From positions 1 through 60,409 of IMG/VR virus record IMGVR_UViG_3300031949_000038: a stretch of 60,409 nt of DNA, one strand, 5' to 3'. Position numbers and translations under genes: made by a program. The DNA is from a virus. Below, one piece after another: positions 42,599-52,243 of this stretch. Below the pieces are notes generated by a model. It had not been told where the DNA came from, made no database searches, and worked only from the letters and a program-made list of their open reading frames with translations. Every line of letters begins with the position of its first letter. The first letter of the stretch is position 1.

Positions 42599-43558
42599 TT
42601 ATGCCGACCAATTCATGCGCGGCGTTGACCAATTCGTTGCGCGCGCGACCGGCTTGAATTTCAACGAGACATCGCCGAAGCCAAACCCTGCGTTGTTGAC
42701 GGCAGGCGTTGCGTTGGTCGACGTTGCGTTGGTCGACGCGCCCGTTGACGTGCCGGCGCCAACCGCCCCGGAAACTGCCGCGCCTGTATCCGAAAGCGCA
42801 CCCCCGACCACGGCGCCCGTAACCGCGCCGGCCAGTTGGCCAGCAGTCGAGCCAAGTTCGAGCGTGTTCCCGACGTAATCCCCGATCACGCTTCCGAAAC
42901 CACCAGCGGCTGCGCTGACCGCGGTTTTCTTGAGGTCGATTTTCCCGGTTGTGGCGAGCTGCACGCCGCTATTGATTAACGCGCTCTTGCCCGCGCCGGT
43001 AAGCGCAGTATTGATGATCCCGCCGCCGGTTGCCGCGGGCACTGTCGCGGAGGCCGCTTCAAAGGCGGCGATGTCCGACAGGGCCGAGCCGGCGCCCGCG
43101 GTACTGGCCCCCGCCCCTGCGCCGCCCGCCGCCCCCGCGCCCCAAGCACCAGCCGCCCAGCCGGCGACGGTCACCATGGCCCCGAGAAAAAGCGCGTCTC
43201 CAAACCCCCCTAGACCCAGCCACCCGTCTTCTTCCTTCGGATTCAGGTCAACGGCATTCACGATCTTACCCGGGTCGCTGCGCTCCTTTGGAACAAAGAC
43301 CGGCTGCCCCCACATCCGGTCCGTGCCGTCGAGTGGCGTCCCGTCCGCATAGGTTGCGCCCTGCGCGATCAACGAGTTGACGAAATCGTACTTATTGTCC
43401 TCGCCCGAATCGGCGCGGGGTATGTTGTAGATGTCGTAGACCGAATCCGCCGGCTTGTCCCCGACCACCCAAACGCCCGTTCCTGGGGTGACCTCACCCC
43501 CAAATTCGCCGTTTATGATTTTCGGCGGGATAAACGTCGGTTTTTCAAAGTTGGTCAT
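42599..43558 (-). CDS. Gly/Ala-rich internal virion protein (319 aa)
   Basis: Long GAWGAGAAGGAGAGAS-type hydrophobic glycine zipper region. Confidence 0.5.
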   Translation of the reverse strand: MTNFEKPTFIPPKIINGEFGGEVTPGTGVWVVGDKPADSVYDIYNIPRADSGEDNKYDFVNSLIAQGATYADGTPLDGTDRMWGQPVFVPKERSDPGKIVNAVDLNPKEEDGWLGLGGFGDALFLGAMVTVAGWAAGAWGAGAAGGAGAGASTAGAGSALSDIAAFEAASATVPAATGGGIINTALTGAGKSALINSGVQLATTGKIDLKKTAVSAAAGGFGSVIGDYVGNTLELGSTAGQLAGAVTGAVVGGALSDTGAAVSGAVGAGTSTGASTNATSTNATPAVNNAGFGFGDVSLKFKPVARATNWSTPRMNWSA

Positions 43559-43561
43559 GGC

Positions 43562-44533
43562 CTACGCGCTTACCGTGGAGAAATTCAGCAGGTCGGACAC
43601 ATCCACCCCGTTCACGTTCCCGATCACGTTCATGCCCTGCTTCATCCAGCCTAGATAGCCGTTGATCAGCTTGGCCTTGTCGGTAGCGGAAATCGTGCTG
43701 TCGGCAACGGCGTTCGTAATCATCGACATCCCGCTTTGGAACATCGATGTGGCGCTCGCGCTCGTCTGCATCAAGGTCTGGTAGTTCGCCTGGATCGTGG
43801 CCAGTTCTGTTTTTGTCGCGTTGTCCGCCTCCTGGAGCATCGCCTTCGCCGCGGTGTCGGCCGTCTGATAGGCGGTTTTGAAGGCGTTGTCGACAGCCTG
43901 TATCGCCCGTTGCGTACTGGCGGCCAGTTCGGCGTTGAATTTTGACGTTGCCGCCTGCTTTTCGGCGACGGACAGCGTGGTGTCGTTCTGCATCTTCTGC
44001 AGTTGCGCGCGGCTTTCCGTGTCCATTTTTGCGAGCGTCTTCTGCCCCTCGATCTGCTGCGCTTGGGTCTGCCGCTGTTGCTCGCCCTGCACGCGGATCA
44101 GCCCGGTCTGCTCGCCAGCCTGCTGTGTTGACATCAGCGATGTATTCCCGGCGGCCGACGCGTTCAGGTTCGCGGTGTTCTTTGCGCCGGCATTAAACTG
44201 CCCTGCCTGATTCTCGAATGCCTGGTTATCGCGCGACGCGGTGGTGTAGGTGGCCGCGTCCGCTGCGGCGATCGGCAGAGCCGCATCGATGGCCGCAGCC
44301 TCGCCGGCCTGCGCCGCCATCGTGCTGTTGACCAGCCCGCGGGAGTTCGCTGCCTGCACCGAACCCGCCACGCTCCGCGTCACCATCGGGCTGTCCTTCG
44401 CTAGGATTTTGTCGAGCTGGCTGGATACGGTTTCGTTGGCCGCGACCGTTCGCTTCGTCGGGTCATAGTTGCTCGTCCCGGCGGTCATTACCTTCTGCTG
44501 ATTGGGTAATACACTTGCGATCAGTCCAGCCAT
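43562..44533 (-). CDS. Internal virion protein (323 aa, Ala/Gln/Thr-rich)
   Basis: GAGGAG RBS before ATG 44533. Confidence 0.5.
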   Translation of the reverse strand: MAGLIASVLPNQQKVMTAGTSNYDPTKRTVAANETVSSQLDKILAKDSPMVTRSVAGSVQAANSRGLVNSTMAAQAGEAAAIDAALPIAAADAATYTTASRDNQAFENQAGQFNAGAKNTANLNASAAGNTSLMSTQQAGEQTGLIRVQGEQQRQTQAQQIEGQKTLAKMDTESRAQLQKMQNDTTLSVAEKQAATSKFNAELAASTQRAIQAVDNAFKTAYQTADTAAKAMLQEADNATKTELATIQANYQTLMQTSASATSMFQSGMSMITNAVADSTISATDKAKLINGYLGWMKQGMNVIGNVNGVDVSDLLNFSTVSA

Positions 44534-44543
44534 GGCAATCTCC

Positions 44544-45020
44544 TCAGTCGACCAGGAACGGGCCGGCGTCAACCAGCCAGTTCGGATTAAATTTCATTTT
44601 CCTGTCGTCCGGCGTGTTCGGCTGGTCATCAAACAGGCCGCGCGTCAGCGGCTTGCATTCGATTGACACCGGCTGATCGCGCAGTTCATCAAATGCGTCG
44701 TTCAATTCCGCGATTTTCTTGATATGCGCAGCCTTCCTTTCCGTGAACGCTTCCAGTGTCTCGTCCTGACCTTTTGCGGCAAACTCAAGCTGCATGCCGC
44801 TATTAATTCCAACCACGAAGCCAGCGTCCTTGTATAGCCTCAACTGCCGTTTCTCGAAGTCCTCAACGATCGGCTTTTGCCGGCGCAGCACGCCCATCAC
44901 CGCCCAGGCCGACTCCTGCCCAAGCCGGATCTCCTCGTTCATCTTCACTATCCCGCTATACGCTTTGACAACCACTCCGGCCGTTGTCTCGATGACCATG
45001 GTTTCTGCAGAATTGCTCAC
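44544..45020 (-). CDS. Hypothetical protein (158 aa)
   Basis: AAGGAGG RBS 6 nt before GTG 45020. Confidence 0.5.
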   Translation of the reverse strand: MSNSAETMVIETTAGVVVKAYSGIVKMNEEIRLGQESAWAVMGVLRRQKPIVEDFEKRQLRLYKDAGFVVGINSGMQLEFAAKGQDETLEAFTERKAAHIKKIAELNDAFDELRDQPVSIECKPLTRGLFDDQPNTPDDRKMKFNPNWLVDAGPFLVD

Positions 45021-45036
45021 TATCGACCTCCTTGTT

Positions 45037-45064
45037 GACAACAAAAAGCCGCTCGCGGCGGCTT
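45037..45064 (-). terminator. Intrinsic terminator inside the late operon
   Basis: AAGCCGC-CGCGA-GCGGCTT then TTTGTTGT on the minus strand. Confidence 0.6.
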
Positions 45065-45098
45065 GCAAAATGCGCTTTTAGCTCATCCGCTTCGGTTA

Positions 45099-45425
45099 TT
45101 ACCTGCTATCTTCCACATCACCCCACTGCAACGACATCCAGTATGTGTACCAGATGACAACGCCAGCGAGCAGATACCATTCCAGCGGGTACATGATCCA
45201 GCCTGCAATGGCGACGAGCGCGAAGTCGGCGGCGAGACCAAGACGCGGGCCGAGCTTTGCCATCAGCCAGCGGGCGAGTGACATGGTTTCCGTCCCGCCC
45301 TTCCGAACGACGATGTAATGGGTACTCCACCAGTCGAACAGCTTCAGCGCCAGCAACGCAGCGGCGAGCCAGATTTGCGGGTAGAGCAGCCCTGCGTCTA
45401 ACGGGGCGCGCAGGATGTCATCCAT
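45099..45425 (-). CDS. Integral membrane protein (108 aa, 3-4 TM)
   Basis: Hydrophobic segments IWLAAALLALKLF, LGLAADFALVAIAGWIMY, LLAGVVIWYTYW. Confidence 0.55.
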   Translation of the reverse strand: MDDILRAPLDAGLLYPQIWLAAALLALKLFDWWSTHYIVVRKGGTETMSLARWLMAKLGPRLGLAADFALVAIAGWIMYPLEWYLLAGVVIWYTYWMSLQWGDVEDSR

Positions 45426-45615
45426 CTTTCGGCTCCTTGTCCGTCAACTGCTTTTGCAGTCCCTCAATTTCTTCCTTCGCGGCTTCGAGCATCTTTGCCG
45501 CCGCACCGAGTTGCCCGGCGAGCAGTACGCGCTTGCTTGTAAATGCAGCAGCTATCTCTTGCGCACAGTCAGCGGATTCTTTCAGCATTGCATCTGCGTC
45601 TAGGTTCATACTCAC
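45418..45615 (-). CDS. Hypothetical helical protein (65 aa)
   Basis: Coupled ORF. Confidence 0.45.
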   Translation of the reverse strand: MSMNLDADAMLKESADCAQEIAAAFTSKRVLLAGQLGAAAKMLEAAKEEIEGLQKQLTDKEPKDG

Positions 45616-45617
45616 CT

Positions 45618-46259
45618 CTATAAAACGACAATTTGACCGTTTGCATCAACGCCTATTGGCCTGATACCTATTCCTGCCAGCGGCGCTATGGTGAGCGGCA
45701 CAGACGACTTTATTTCATCGGTGCGCACCCGCATCTTTTCCACCCCGGCAACGGAAACACCAACTGAATAATTCGGTCCATCCGCTATCCAGAACAACCC
45801 AGTGGTTTTCTGGAAGAAATTAACCAGCGTCGGCTCCGCAGCCGTCCCCCGCTGTCCGATGCACGTGCGCTGTTTATTGTCTATTTCAAGTGCCAGCTCC
45901 AATACGCCGCCATCTCGTTTCGTGTTCAGGTGCCACTTTCCTCCACGGTCTAATGCTGTCACACCCTCCAAAAATACTTCTATAGCGGCAATTTTCTTAT
46001 TTGTGTAATTGCCTACCGTGTTCGTGGTCGCGATCCAATCAATCTCGTTGGTCTGAGTGTTATCTATGTCGGGCATCCCCTGTCGATGGACCAGTTCCAG
46101 TATTGAGTAAGAATCGAATCTGCCGGACCCGGACGAAACAGATGAACTGCCGAGCGTCGCCTTGCCGTGCCCGCCGCCCTCAAGATGGTGCAGCAGTCCA
46201 TAACTGAAATCACCCGAAAGGGCCGCAAAACCGTCGTCAGTGTCTATTTCGCAAGTCAT
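45618..46259 (-). CDS. Lower-GC hypothetical protein after the tail fibre (213 aa)
   Basis: Clean ORF; visibly more A/T-rich than its neighbours. Confidence 0.55.
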   Translation of the reverse strand: MTCEIDTDDGFAALSGDFSYGLLHHLEGGGHGKATLGSSSVSSGSGRFDSYSILELVHRQGMPDIDNTQTNEIDWIATTNTVGNYTNKKIAAIEVFLEGVTALDRGGKWHLNTKRDGGVLELALEIDNKQRTCIGQRGTAAEPTLVNFFQKTTGLFWIADGPNYSVGVSVAGVEKMRVRTDEIKSSVPLTIAPLAGIGIRPIGVDANGQIVVL

Positions 46260-46261
46260 GG

Positions 46262-47482
46262 CTATATCTCACTCTCGTGAACGAAATCAGTGCCCATAAA
46301 ATCATTGACCGCCTTGACCAACATTTCCATGTCAACGCGCAGGTGCTTGCCGGTGACAGGGGATACTGAATCGTAAATCCATCGTCCCTCGGTGTTGTGC
46401 GGCGACAGCAGGGTAGAGTTACCCGCCGCATCCATCACACGAGCTTCCCCGGATGCGGAATAGAAAGTGACGCCGTTGGTCAACGTCCCCACCGGCGCTG
46501 TGCCGTTATAGAGCGTGAGCGCCCTTGTGGGCTGCGTCGTCGAACGCGTAGTGAAATCGGTTGACAGGCCGATTTGCAGATTGCCAATATAGTCGAAAAC
46601 TGCAACAGCCCCTGAACCACCTACAGCACTGTTCCTTATGGCAAGAAAATTAGTCGTCGCGTCGGATATTAGCGCCCACTTATCCGCGTTGTCGTCCCCG
46701 TCGTCAGACCACAAATTAAGCTGCGCATTGACGCCTTCCGTCGCAGTAACGGAAAGGGAGTTGGTGCTAGTAAATGGTTTGTCCAGCGTAACCGTCGTAA
46801 CCGTCGCATCCGTCGTCAGCGTAGCCGTTCCGCTCGTCGATCCGAGAATCTTGACCGATCCTTGATTGCCTGCCGAGCCGAATGATCCGACTTTCCAGCC
46901 GCTCAGAGTAGCCGCAGCAGCGCCTGCCACATTCCCGCTCGCATCGCAAGTCGGACTGTTGGCGTCGTCGAGCAGGAGGCCGCCGGTAGAGGCGCGCGGC
47001 ATGCGGCCGGGGGTGAGGGAGCCTACCGTCAGGTTGCCGGATAGGGTCAGCGCTGCTGCGTTGATTGTGCCAGTCAGCGTCGGGCTGGCGGACATTACGA
47101 CATTTCCAGTGCCGGTAATCGCATTCGATACCAGCCCCTTCGATCCATCTGTGAACACCGCTTGCGAGGCGGTAAGGCTGGACAGAATCGGTTGCGCGGT
47201 CAGCGTTGTGACGCCGGTGACATCAAGCGTGCCGCCTACTGTGGCGTCCGTCGTGACGGTAAGGTTCGGCGCCGTGAGCGTCGTTCCGTCGAACTCAAAC
47301 CCGGCGGTGGTCGTTTGGGATGTCGCGCCGGCATTGATGTGTGGAATCCGGTTCGCCGCGCTGGAGTATCCGGCGATCTTCGTGAACCCCAGCGCAATCG
47401 CGGCGAATTCCGCGCGAATTACCGATGAGTCAAGGTCCGATTCGTCGGCCGGATCGTTTGAATTTGCATAGAAGTCTGGCAT
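46262..47482 (-). CDS. Tail fibre protein
   Basis: N-terminus MPDFYANSNDPADESDLDSSVIRAEFAAIALGF is typical of podophage fibre anchors; Thr/Gly/Ser-rich beta-type body. Confidence 0.7.
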   Translation of the reverse strand: MPDFYANSNDPADESDLDSSVIRAEFAAIALGFTKIAGYSSAANRIPHINAGATSQTTTAGFEFDGTTLTAPNLTVTTDATVGGTLDVTGVTTLTAQPILSSLTASQAVFTDGSKGLVSNAITGTGNVVMSASPTLTGTINAAALTLSGNLTVGSLTPGRMPRASTGGLLLDDANSPTCDASGNVAGAAAATLSGWKVGSFGSAGNQGSVKILGSTSGTATLTTDATVTTVTLDKPFTSTNSLSVTATEGVNAQLNLWSDDGDDNADKWALISDATTNFLAIRNSAVGGSGAVAVFDYIGNLQIGLSTDFTTRSTTQPTRALTLYNGTAPVGTLTNGVTFYSASGEARVMDAAGNSTLLSPHNTEGRWIYDSVSPVTGKHLRVDMEMLVKAVNDFMGTDFVHESEI

Positions 47483-47494
47483 CGTCTTTCTCCG

Positions 47495-49582
47495 TTACCG
47501 CAAATAACGCCTTGGCGCGTGATGGATCATGGCCCCGGAAAACCGGATGGCTTCGTGATAGTCAGAACTGCCCCGAATCGTGAGTGAGACGTTTTCGCCC
47601 TCGCCGCCCATTTCCATCATTGACGGCGACAGCGTTTGACCGTCCCACTTGATCCCGGAATCCCATGTCAGCCCAGCGTCCCAGGTTCCTTGAGAAAACG
47701 ACAGCTCATCCGTCTGCGTGCCTGGCTGGGCAATCAGGGTCGATGCGTATCCGAGCTTGTAGGTGAATTCGAACTCGGCATAACCCGTCCCCGAAACCTC
47801 CAGGTTCGCGCCGTGGAATCGCTTGATCAGGTTCGGCGTTCCGAGAAAATCCCAGGCTAGACTCAGGTGATGCGCGATGGCTTCGCCGTCGAACGACGTA
47901 CCGCGTTCCATCTGATACACCATGCCGTTGGTCGCGCCGAAATAGACCGTCTCGGAGCCGTCCGATTCTTCCGACGACCAGGCCCAGGTCGCCGCATGGT
48001 CCAACTTCACCGGCATCATGCCGACGACTTTCTTCTTGTTGAACGTGGCGAAGAGCGCGTAATTATCGGAAAAGAACAGCCGATACTGGCTCTTGTCCCT
48101 GACGACGCAGGACGCCGTGATTTTTGTACGCTTCCCGTTCACCCACTTCTTGATGCGCGCGCTCAATGCCTCATGCGAGAAGTTGCCGAACACCTGCGCG
48201 GTCTGCAGGTTCGTCACGCCCTGGTCATCCAGGAACATCGTGTAGCCAACATCCTGAATCGAATAAGCGTAGGCGCCAAGCTCGTCTCGGTAATTGATCT
48301 TTTGCCAGTTAGCTACGCCGGTCCCGTAAAGAATGTCGGTCCTGTTGCGGGTGAAGATGGCCAGCGCGCCGTTTGACTCACTGCCCGGTTGCGTCTGGTA
48401 TCCCGTCACCGTGTCGCCCATGCCTATCTCGGACGCGCCCAGGATCACGTTCCAGATGTAGGGCGTGCTTGGCGCCGAGTGCTGCGTTGACGCCCCGAAC
48501 GAGAAAAACAGCTGCAACTGGTGCGCATAAACATGGTCTGGCGCATCTGTCGCCATCCCGGTCGTGATCGGCACCAGCACGTTGCCGTCGAACTCAAAGC
48601 CTCGATTGACGCCATCGCAGCCATATATCCGTTTCGTGGCTACCGACCCGCCGAAATTGGACACCACGAACTCAAAACGCCCATCCGGGAGCAGCGTGAT
48701 CGCAGACTCAACTCCAGAAAGCGTGCAGGTCGCGCCGCCAGAGAACGTCGCGGCGCCTGACGCGAAATTGCCGCCAGACGGGGTTGTGATGATCAGCCGC
48801 CCGGCAGCGGAACTCGTCCCCCACGTCGCAGAGGCCGTTGTAGCCACCACTCGCTTGACCGTGGCCGTCACCCCCCCCTGCGTCAGCGTCTCGCCCTCGT
48901 CCGGCTCTGCGGCGCCACCAGCGGTAAAGCTGATTTCGTTGTACAGCGTCACCTGCTGCCAGCCGGTTGCGCTGGATTTCCACACGTCGACCGCCGTCCC
49001 TCCAGCGTTGTTGCGAAACGTGTAGAGCACGCCGCCGAACTTGACCCCGCCACGGTTGCTTCCTGAGCCGGTAGGCGCGGCAATGTCGTCCCGGTAGCTG
49101 TCTGCGGCCAGGTTCTTGTATTGCGCGCGCAGCAGAGCCGTGGATGCGCCCTTGGCCGCGGATGTCGTGGTCGCCTGCGGACTGCCGCCGACGTTGAGCA
49201 CTTCACCTGAAACGAACGTCCCGACGATCTTCGTGATGGCGATATGCCCGGACGCCACCGCGATGACGACCGCCGTCGCAGACGAATCGACCCCGGTCAC
49301 CGTATCGCCCGCAGAAATTGCGCCGGTCAGCGTAATGTCTAGGACATAGGCCACCGCGGCAGAGGGCGCCGGCCGCCCATCCACGCACTCATAGCCGAGA
49401 ATGCGGCCATAGCCGTCGTTCACATCGCATTCGTGATTGCTCGATGATCGCAAAAACCCAGGCGGCACCAGCAGCGGGGGCGTCTCGAGGTCAAGCCCAC
49501 CCGCAAAACGGACCATTGTCGGCCTTGGTTCAGCCCGGCCGATGTTCCCGATCGCCCTTGACAGGGCTTTTGCAGAAATCAT
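47495..49582 (-). CDS. Large tail (nozzle / tail tubular B-like) protein
   Basis: 695 aa directly after a 231-aa protein, as in the podovirus adaptor/nozzle pair. Assigned by position and size only. Confidence 0.45.
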   Translation of the reverse strand: MISAKALSRAIGNIGRAEPRPTMVRFAGGLDLETPPLLVPPGFLRSSSNHECDVNDGYGRILGYECVDGRPAPSAAVAYVLDITLTGAISAGDTVTGVDSSATAVVIAVASGHIAITKIVGTFVSGEVLNVGGSPQATTTSAAKGASTALLRAQYKNLAADSYRDDIAAPTGSGSNRGGVKFGGVLYTFRNNAGGTAVDVWKSSATGWQQVTLYNEISFTAGGAAEPDEGETLTQGGVTATVKRVVATTASATWGTSSAAGRLIITTPSGGNFASGAATFSGGATCTLSGVESAITLLPDGRFEFVVSNFGGSVATKRIYGCDGVNRGFEFDGNVLVPITTGMATDAPDHVYAHQLQLFFSFGASTQHSAPSTPYIWNVILGASEIGMGDTVTGYQTQPGSESNGALAIFTRNRTDILYGTGVANWQKINYRDELGAYAYSIQDVGYTMFLDDQGVTNLQTAQVFGNFSHEALSARIKKWVNGKRTKITASCVVRDKSQYRLFFSDNYALFATFNKKKVVGMMPVKLDHAATWAWSSEESDGSETVYFGATNGMVYQMERGTSFDGEAIAHHLSLAWDFLGTPNLIKRFHGANLEVSGTGYAEFEFTYKLGYASTLIAQPGTQTDELSFSQGTWDAGLTWDSGIKWDGQTLSPSMMEMGGEGENVSLTIRGSSDYHEAIRFSGAMIHHAPRRYLR

Positions 49583-50274
49583 GCAATCGACCCGCCTAGC
49601 CCGATCGATGGGCGCTGGTCGCGCGTCAGCGCGGCGCGCAGCGGCGCGGCCTCAGTTGCCGCGCGCAGCATCGCCTCGGGCGCGACCCGGCTGCCGCCGT
49701 ACTTCAGCATCGCGTGGAACATGATCAGGTCGTGGAACCGCGACGGCATTTCCGGCGCGTCGTCATCGGCCGCAAGGATCTGCGGCCCGAGCTGGTAGTC
49801 CCCGCCGACAACGTAAATGCCGTTCGGCTTCGGACCAAGACAGAATTGCTGCAGCGGATCAACGCTCACATGGCACGGCGGACCGTCGTTTTGCGTCCCG
49901 TACCGATAGCGGCGGCGAAAGGCCTCCCACGGCATCCAGATGAGCGGGTATTCCCCGCCAACGCCGCCCGAGGTCAGGTAGCACTTGAAAGCGTGCTTGT
50001 ACCAGAACGCGAAACGCGCAATCGCCGTTTCCGTCACGGTGTCATTGCAGTCGGTGTAGGCGTATTCACCGTCGCTCTCCGTGGTGCTCACGATGAACGA
50101 TTTGCGCATCCACAGCCAGTCGTCCTTTTCCTGCTGCAAGGACGTCCAGGCATCCTTGTACCATTTACACAGCCGCCCGAGTTCGCCGGTCTGACTGGCT
50201 ACCGTGCTGGGCCCGGTGCCGCTGTCCGTGGTTTCCTGGCGCAAATCCTTCACGCCCTGCAGGTAGGTCGTCAT
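49579..50274 (-). CDS. Tail adaptor (tail tubular A-like) protein
   Basis: Position and size only. Confidence 0.4.
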   Translation of the reverse strand: MTTYLQGVKDLRQETTDSGTGPSTVASQTGELGRLCKWYKDAWTSLQQEKDDWLWMRKSFIVSTTESDGEYAYTDCNDTVTETAIARFAFWYKHAFKCYLTSGGVGGEYPLIWMPWEAFRRRYRYGTQNDGPPCHVSVDPLQQFCLGPKPNGIYVVGGDYQLGPQILAADDDAPEMPSRFHDLIMFHAMLKYGGSRVAPEAMLRAATEAAPLRAALTRDQRPSIGLGGSIA

Positions 50275-50277
50275 GGA

Positions 50278-50880
50278 CTACTTCAGCGCGACTTGATAGG
50301 CCCACAGCGTCACGCCGCCGGCCGCCGTCCAGTTCAGGCGGTAACCTTGGACGGGCGATGTGTAGGTGCCCTCCTGGCTGGTGGTTTCGTTGGTCACTGA
50401 GGCGTGGTTGAAGGCCGTGACGCCGTTGTCATAGGTCTGCTGCACGCCGTAGGTCGGGCTGCCGCTGTCCTTGATGCAGGCGAAGCCGATGTTGAAAACG
50501 GGCCCGGAAGGCTGCGGGAAAACCCACCCCGATACGCTGTTTGCCGTCCAGCCGATGTCGAAGGTATCGGCGCCGGTCGTAGAATCGACCGTCACGCTCG
50601 TTACCGTCTTGAAATACTTGACTGATGTGACTGTGACATTGCCGTTCGGGCCGGCGAGTTCTTCTGTCTGCGCAAAGCCGTTGGGGCCGGTCCCGGTAAT
50701 CGTGAAGGTTTTTGCGGAATGATTCGTCGCCGCGTTGCCGAGGATCGTAATCAGATGCGCGAGGTCGTCGCCTGCGTCGTTTGCCGTGAGCACATAGCCC
50801 GGATCAACGTAGGCTATGCCGTCCGCAAGGCCGGCCGCATCGAGCGCAACCGAAACGCCGGTAATTTGAAATCTGTCCAT
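50278..50880 (-). CDS. Hypothetical virion-module protein (200 aa)
   Basis: Beta-rich Thr/Gly composition. Confidence 0.5.
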   Translation of the reverse strand: MDRFQITGVSVALDAAGLADGIAYVDPGYVLTANDAGDDLAHLITILGNAATNHSAKTFTITGTGPNGFAQTEELAGPNGNVTVTSVKYFKTVTSVTVDSTTGADTFDIGWTANSVSGWVFPQPSGPVFNIGFACIKDSGSPTYGVQQTYDNGVTAFNHASVTNETTSQEGTYTSPVQGYRLNWTAAGGVTLWAYQVALK

Positions 50881-50893
50881 GTTTTACTCCTGG

Positions 50894-51592
50894 TTAATTC
50901 CGCATTGCGTCGCGGATGGTGCCGGTGTATTCCTTCGCGCCGATGTGGCCGATGTCGGTCAACGGGTCGAGCATTACTTTGTAGCCAAGCGCCCGCAGAT
51001 CGGCGAAAAAGGCCATGTCCTCTCCTTGCCGCTTGCCGTCTATCTTGCCCCATCGGAACACGTCGGCCATGTCGCGCCCGCTGATTTCATCGAACACCCG
51101 GGGCTTGGATGCGGCCAGGCGCTCGAGCGGCCCGCGGGTAATGACGGTGAAGCCAAGGCCCATGCCCTGCACTTCGCACAAACCCATGTCGTTCCTGACC
51201 AAGCCCGTCTTTTCGTCATGGCGAACGTAAAACGTCGGTCGGTCCATCTTCGCCGGGTAGGTCGCGCCCACGATGGGGACGAGCTTTGATAGCGCCAGTA
51301 GCCGGATGAACTGCGCCGGCCGCCACGTCTGGTCTGAGTCGATCCAGAACAGGCGGTTTGCCTTGCTCCGCAGGAAGTCGTCCAGGACGCCGTTTCTGCC
51401 GTCGATCAGACCGGCAACGATCATCCCCAGGTCGCAGGGAATCGAGAGCCGGTCACAACGCTCTTTGGTTGCCCACAGCGAGGCCGTCGTCTTGGGCGGA
51501 ATGTCCCGGTGGGTTGGCATGCCGACCATGACCGATAGGCCTTCCAGCGTCACGTCAACGCCGCTGGGTTTGATGTCCTGGGTCGTCGTCAT
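50894..51592 (-). CDS. GT-A-type glycosyltransferase-like protein
   Basis: VMVGMPTH start of a Rossmann-like strand, WIDSDQ (DxD), EDMAFFADLRALGYKV; no TM segment. Confidence 0.6.
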   Translation of the reverse strand: MTTTQDIKPSGVDVTLEGLSVMVGMPTHRDIPPKTTASLWATKERCDRLSIPCDLGMIVAGLIDGRNGVLDDFLRSKANRLFWIDSDQTWRPAQFIRLLALSKLVPIVGATYPAKMDRPTFYVRHDEKTGLVRNDMGLCEVQGMGLGFTVITRGPLERLAASKPRVFDEISGRDMADVFRWGKIDGKRQGEDMAFFADLRALGYKVMLDPLTDIGHIGAKEYTGTIRDAMRN

Positions 51593-52143
51593 GCTTTCCT
51601 CAGCACCACGGCCAGATGGTGCCCGCCGGCCTCCTCCATGTAGAGGATGTCGAAGTCGAGCTTCCAAAACCACCGATAATCGGTAAAACAGGTTTGCTTG
51701 ACCTCGTTCATCTCGTAGAACTTCTGGCTCAGAAAGCCGAAGTAGTTCTGCTGGAAGAACCTGGTATGTCCGGGGTCGGCCAAAGCATCCGGCCCGATGG
51801 GGACGAGAATGCCCATCGTCCCGCCCGGCTTGAGGATGCGGTGATATTCGGCCATCTCGGCGAACCAGCCGCGCCAGTCACCTTGACGGCCCCAATGCTC
51901 AAGGCAGTTGTAGGCGCCGATCTCGTCGAACGCATCGTTGTCGAACGGCAATACCGGAAAGTTGCTCATCCAAATTGCCGGATGGCGAGCCGCCGTTATT
52001 CGCTCCATGTCGAACACGATGTCAGCGCCGCAATCCGGGTTCATGTCGAGCGTCGTCAGTTCGCCCGTCCATTCCGCCTTGCCGCCGTACTGTAACTGCT
52101 TGGCGTGGTTCTTGCCACAACCGATCAACAAACTGCGTTCCAT
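51589..52143 (-). CDS. Class I SAM-dependent methyltransferase
   Basis: LLIGCG (motif I), LDMNP, FDEIGAYNCLEH, ILKPGGTMGILVP. Confidence 0.7.
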   Translation of the reverse strand: MERSLLIGCGKNHAKQLQYGGKAEWTGELTTLDMNPDCGADIVFDMERITAARHPAIWMSNFPVLPFDNDAFDEIGAYNCLEHWGRQGDWRGWFAEMAEYHRILKPGGTMGILVPIGPDALADPGHTRFFQQNYFGFLSQKFYEMNEVKQTCFTDYRWFWKLDFDILYMEEAGGHHLAVVLRKA

Positions 52144-52162
52144 GTGTGTCCTCTATCAGAAG

Positions 52163-52205
52163 GAGAAAAAGGGGTGCCGGCTTTCGCTCCCCGGTTGCCG
52201 GCCCC
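52163..52205 (-). terminator. Intrinsic terminator upstream of the methyltransferase
   Basis: GGGGCCGGC...GCCGGCACCCC stem then TTTTTCTCC on the minus strand. Confidence 0.55.
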
Positions 52206-52243
52206 GGGTGATAGCTGCTTACGCAGTCGAACGATTGTTGTTA

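Noticed and set aside
50894-51592. The glycosyltransferase as a T4-like DNA glucosyltransferase or a Gtr-type O-antigen conversion enzyme
   Set aside because: There are no hydroxymethylase or nucleotide-modification genes in the genome. There are also no GtrA/GtrB-like membrane partners or TM segments. Both ideas are kept only as less likely alternatives.
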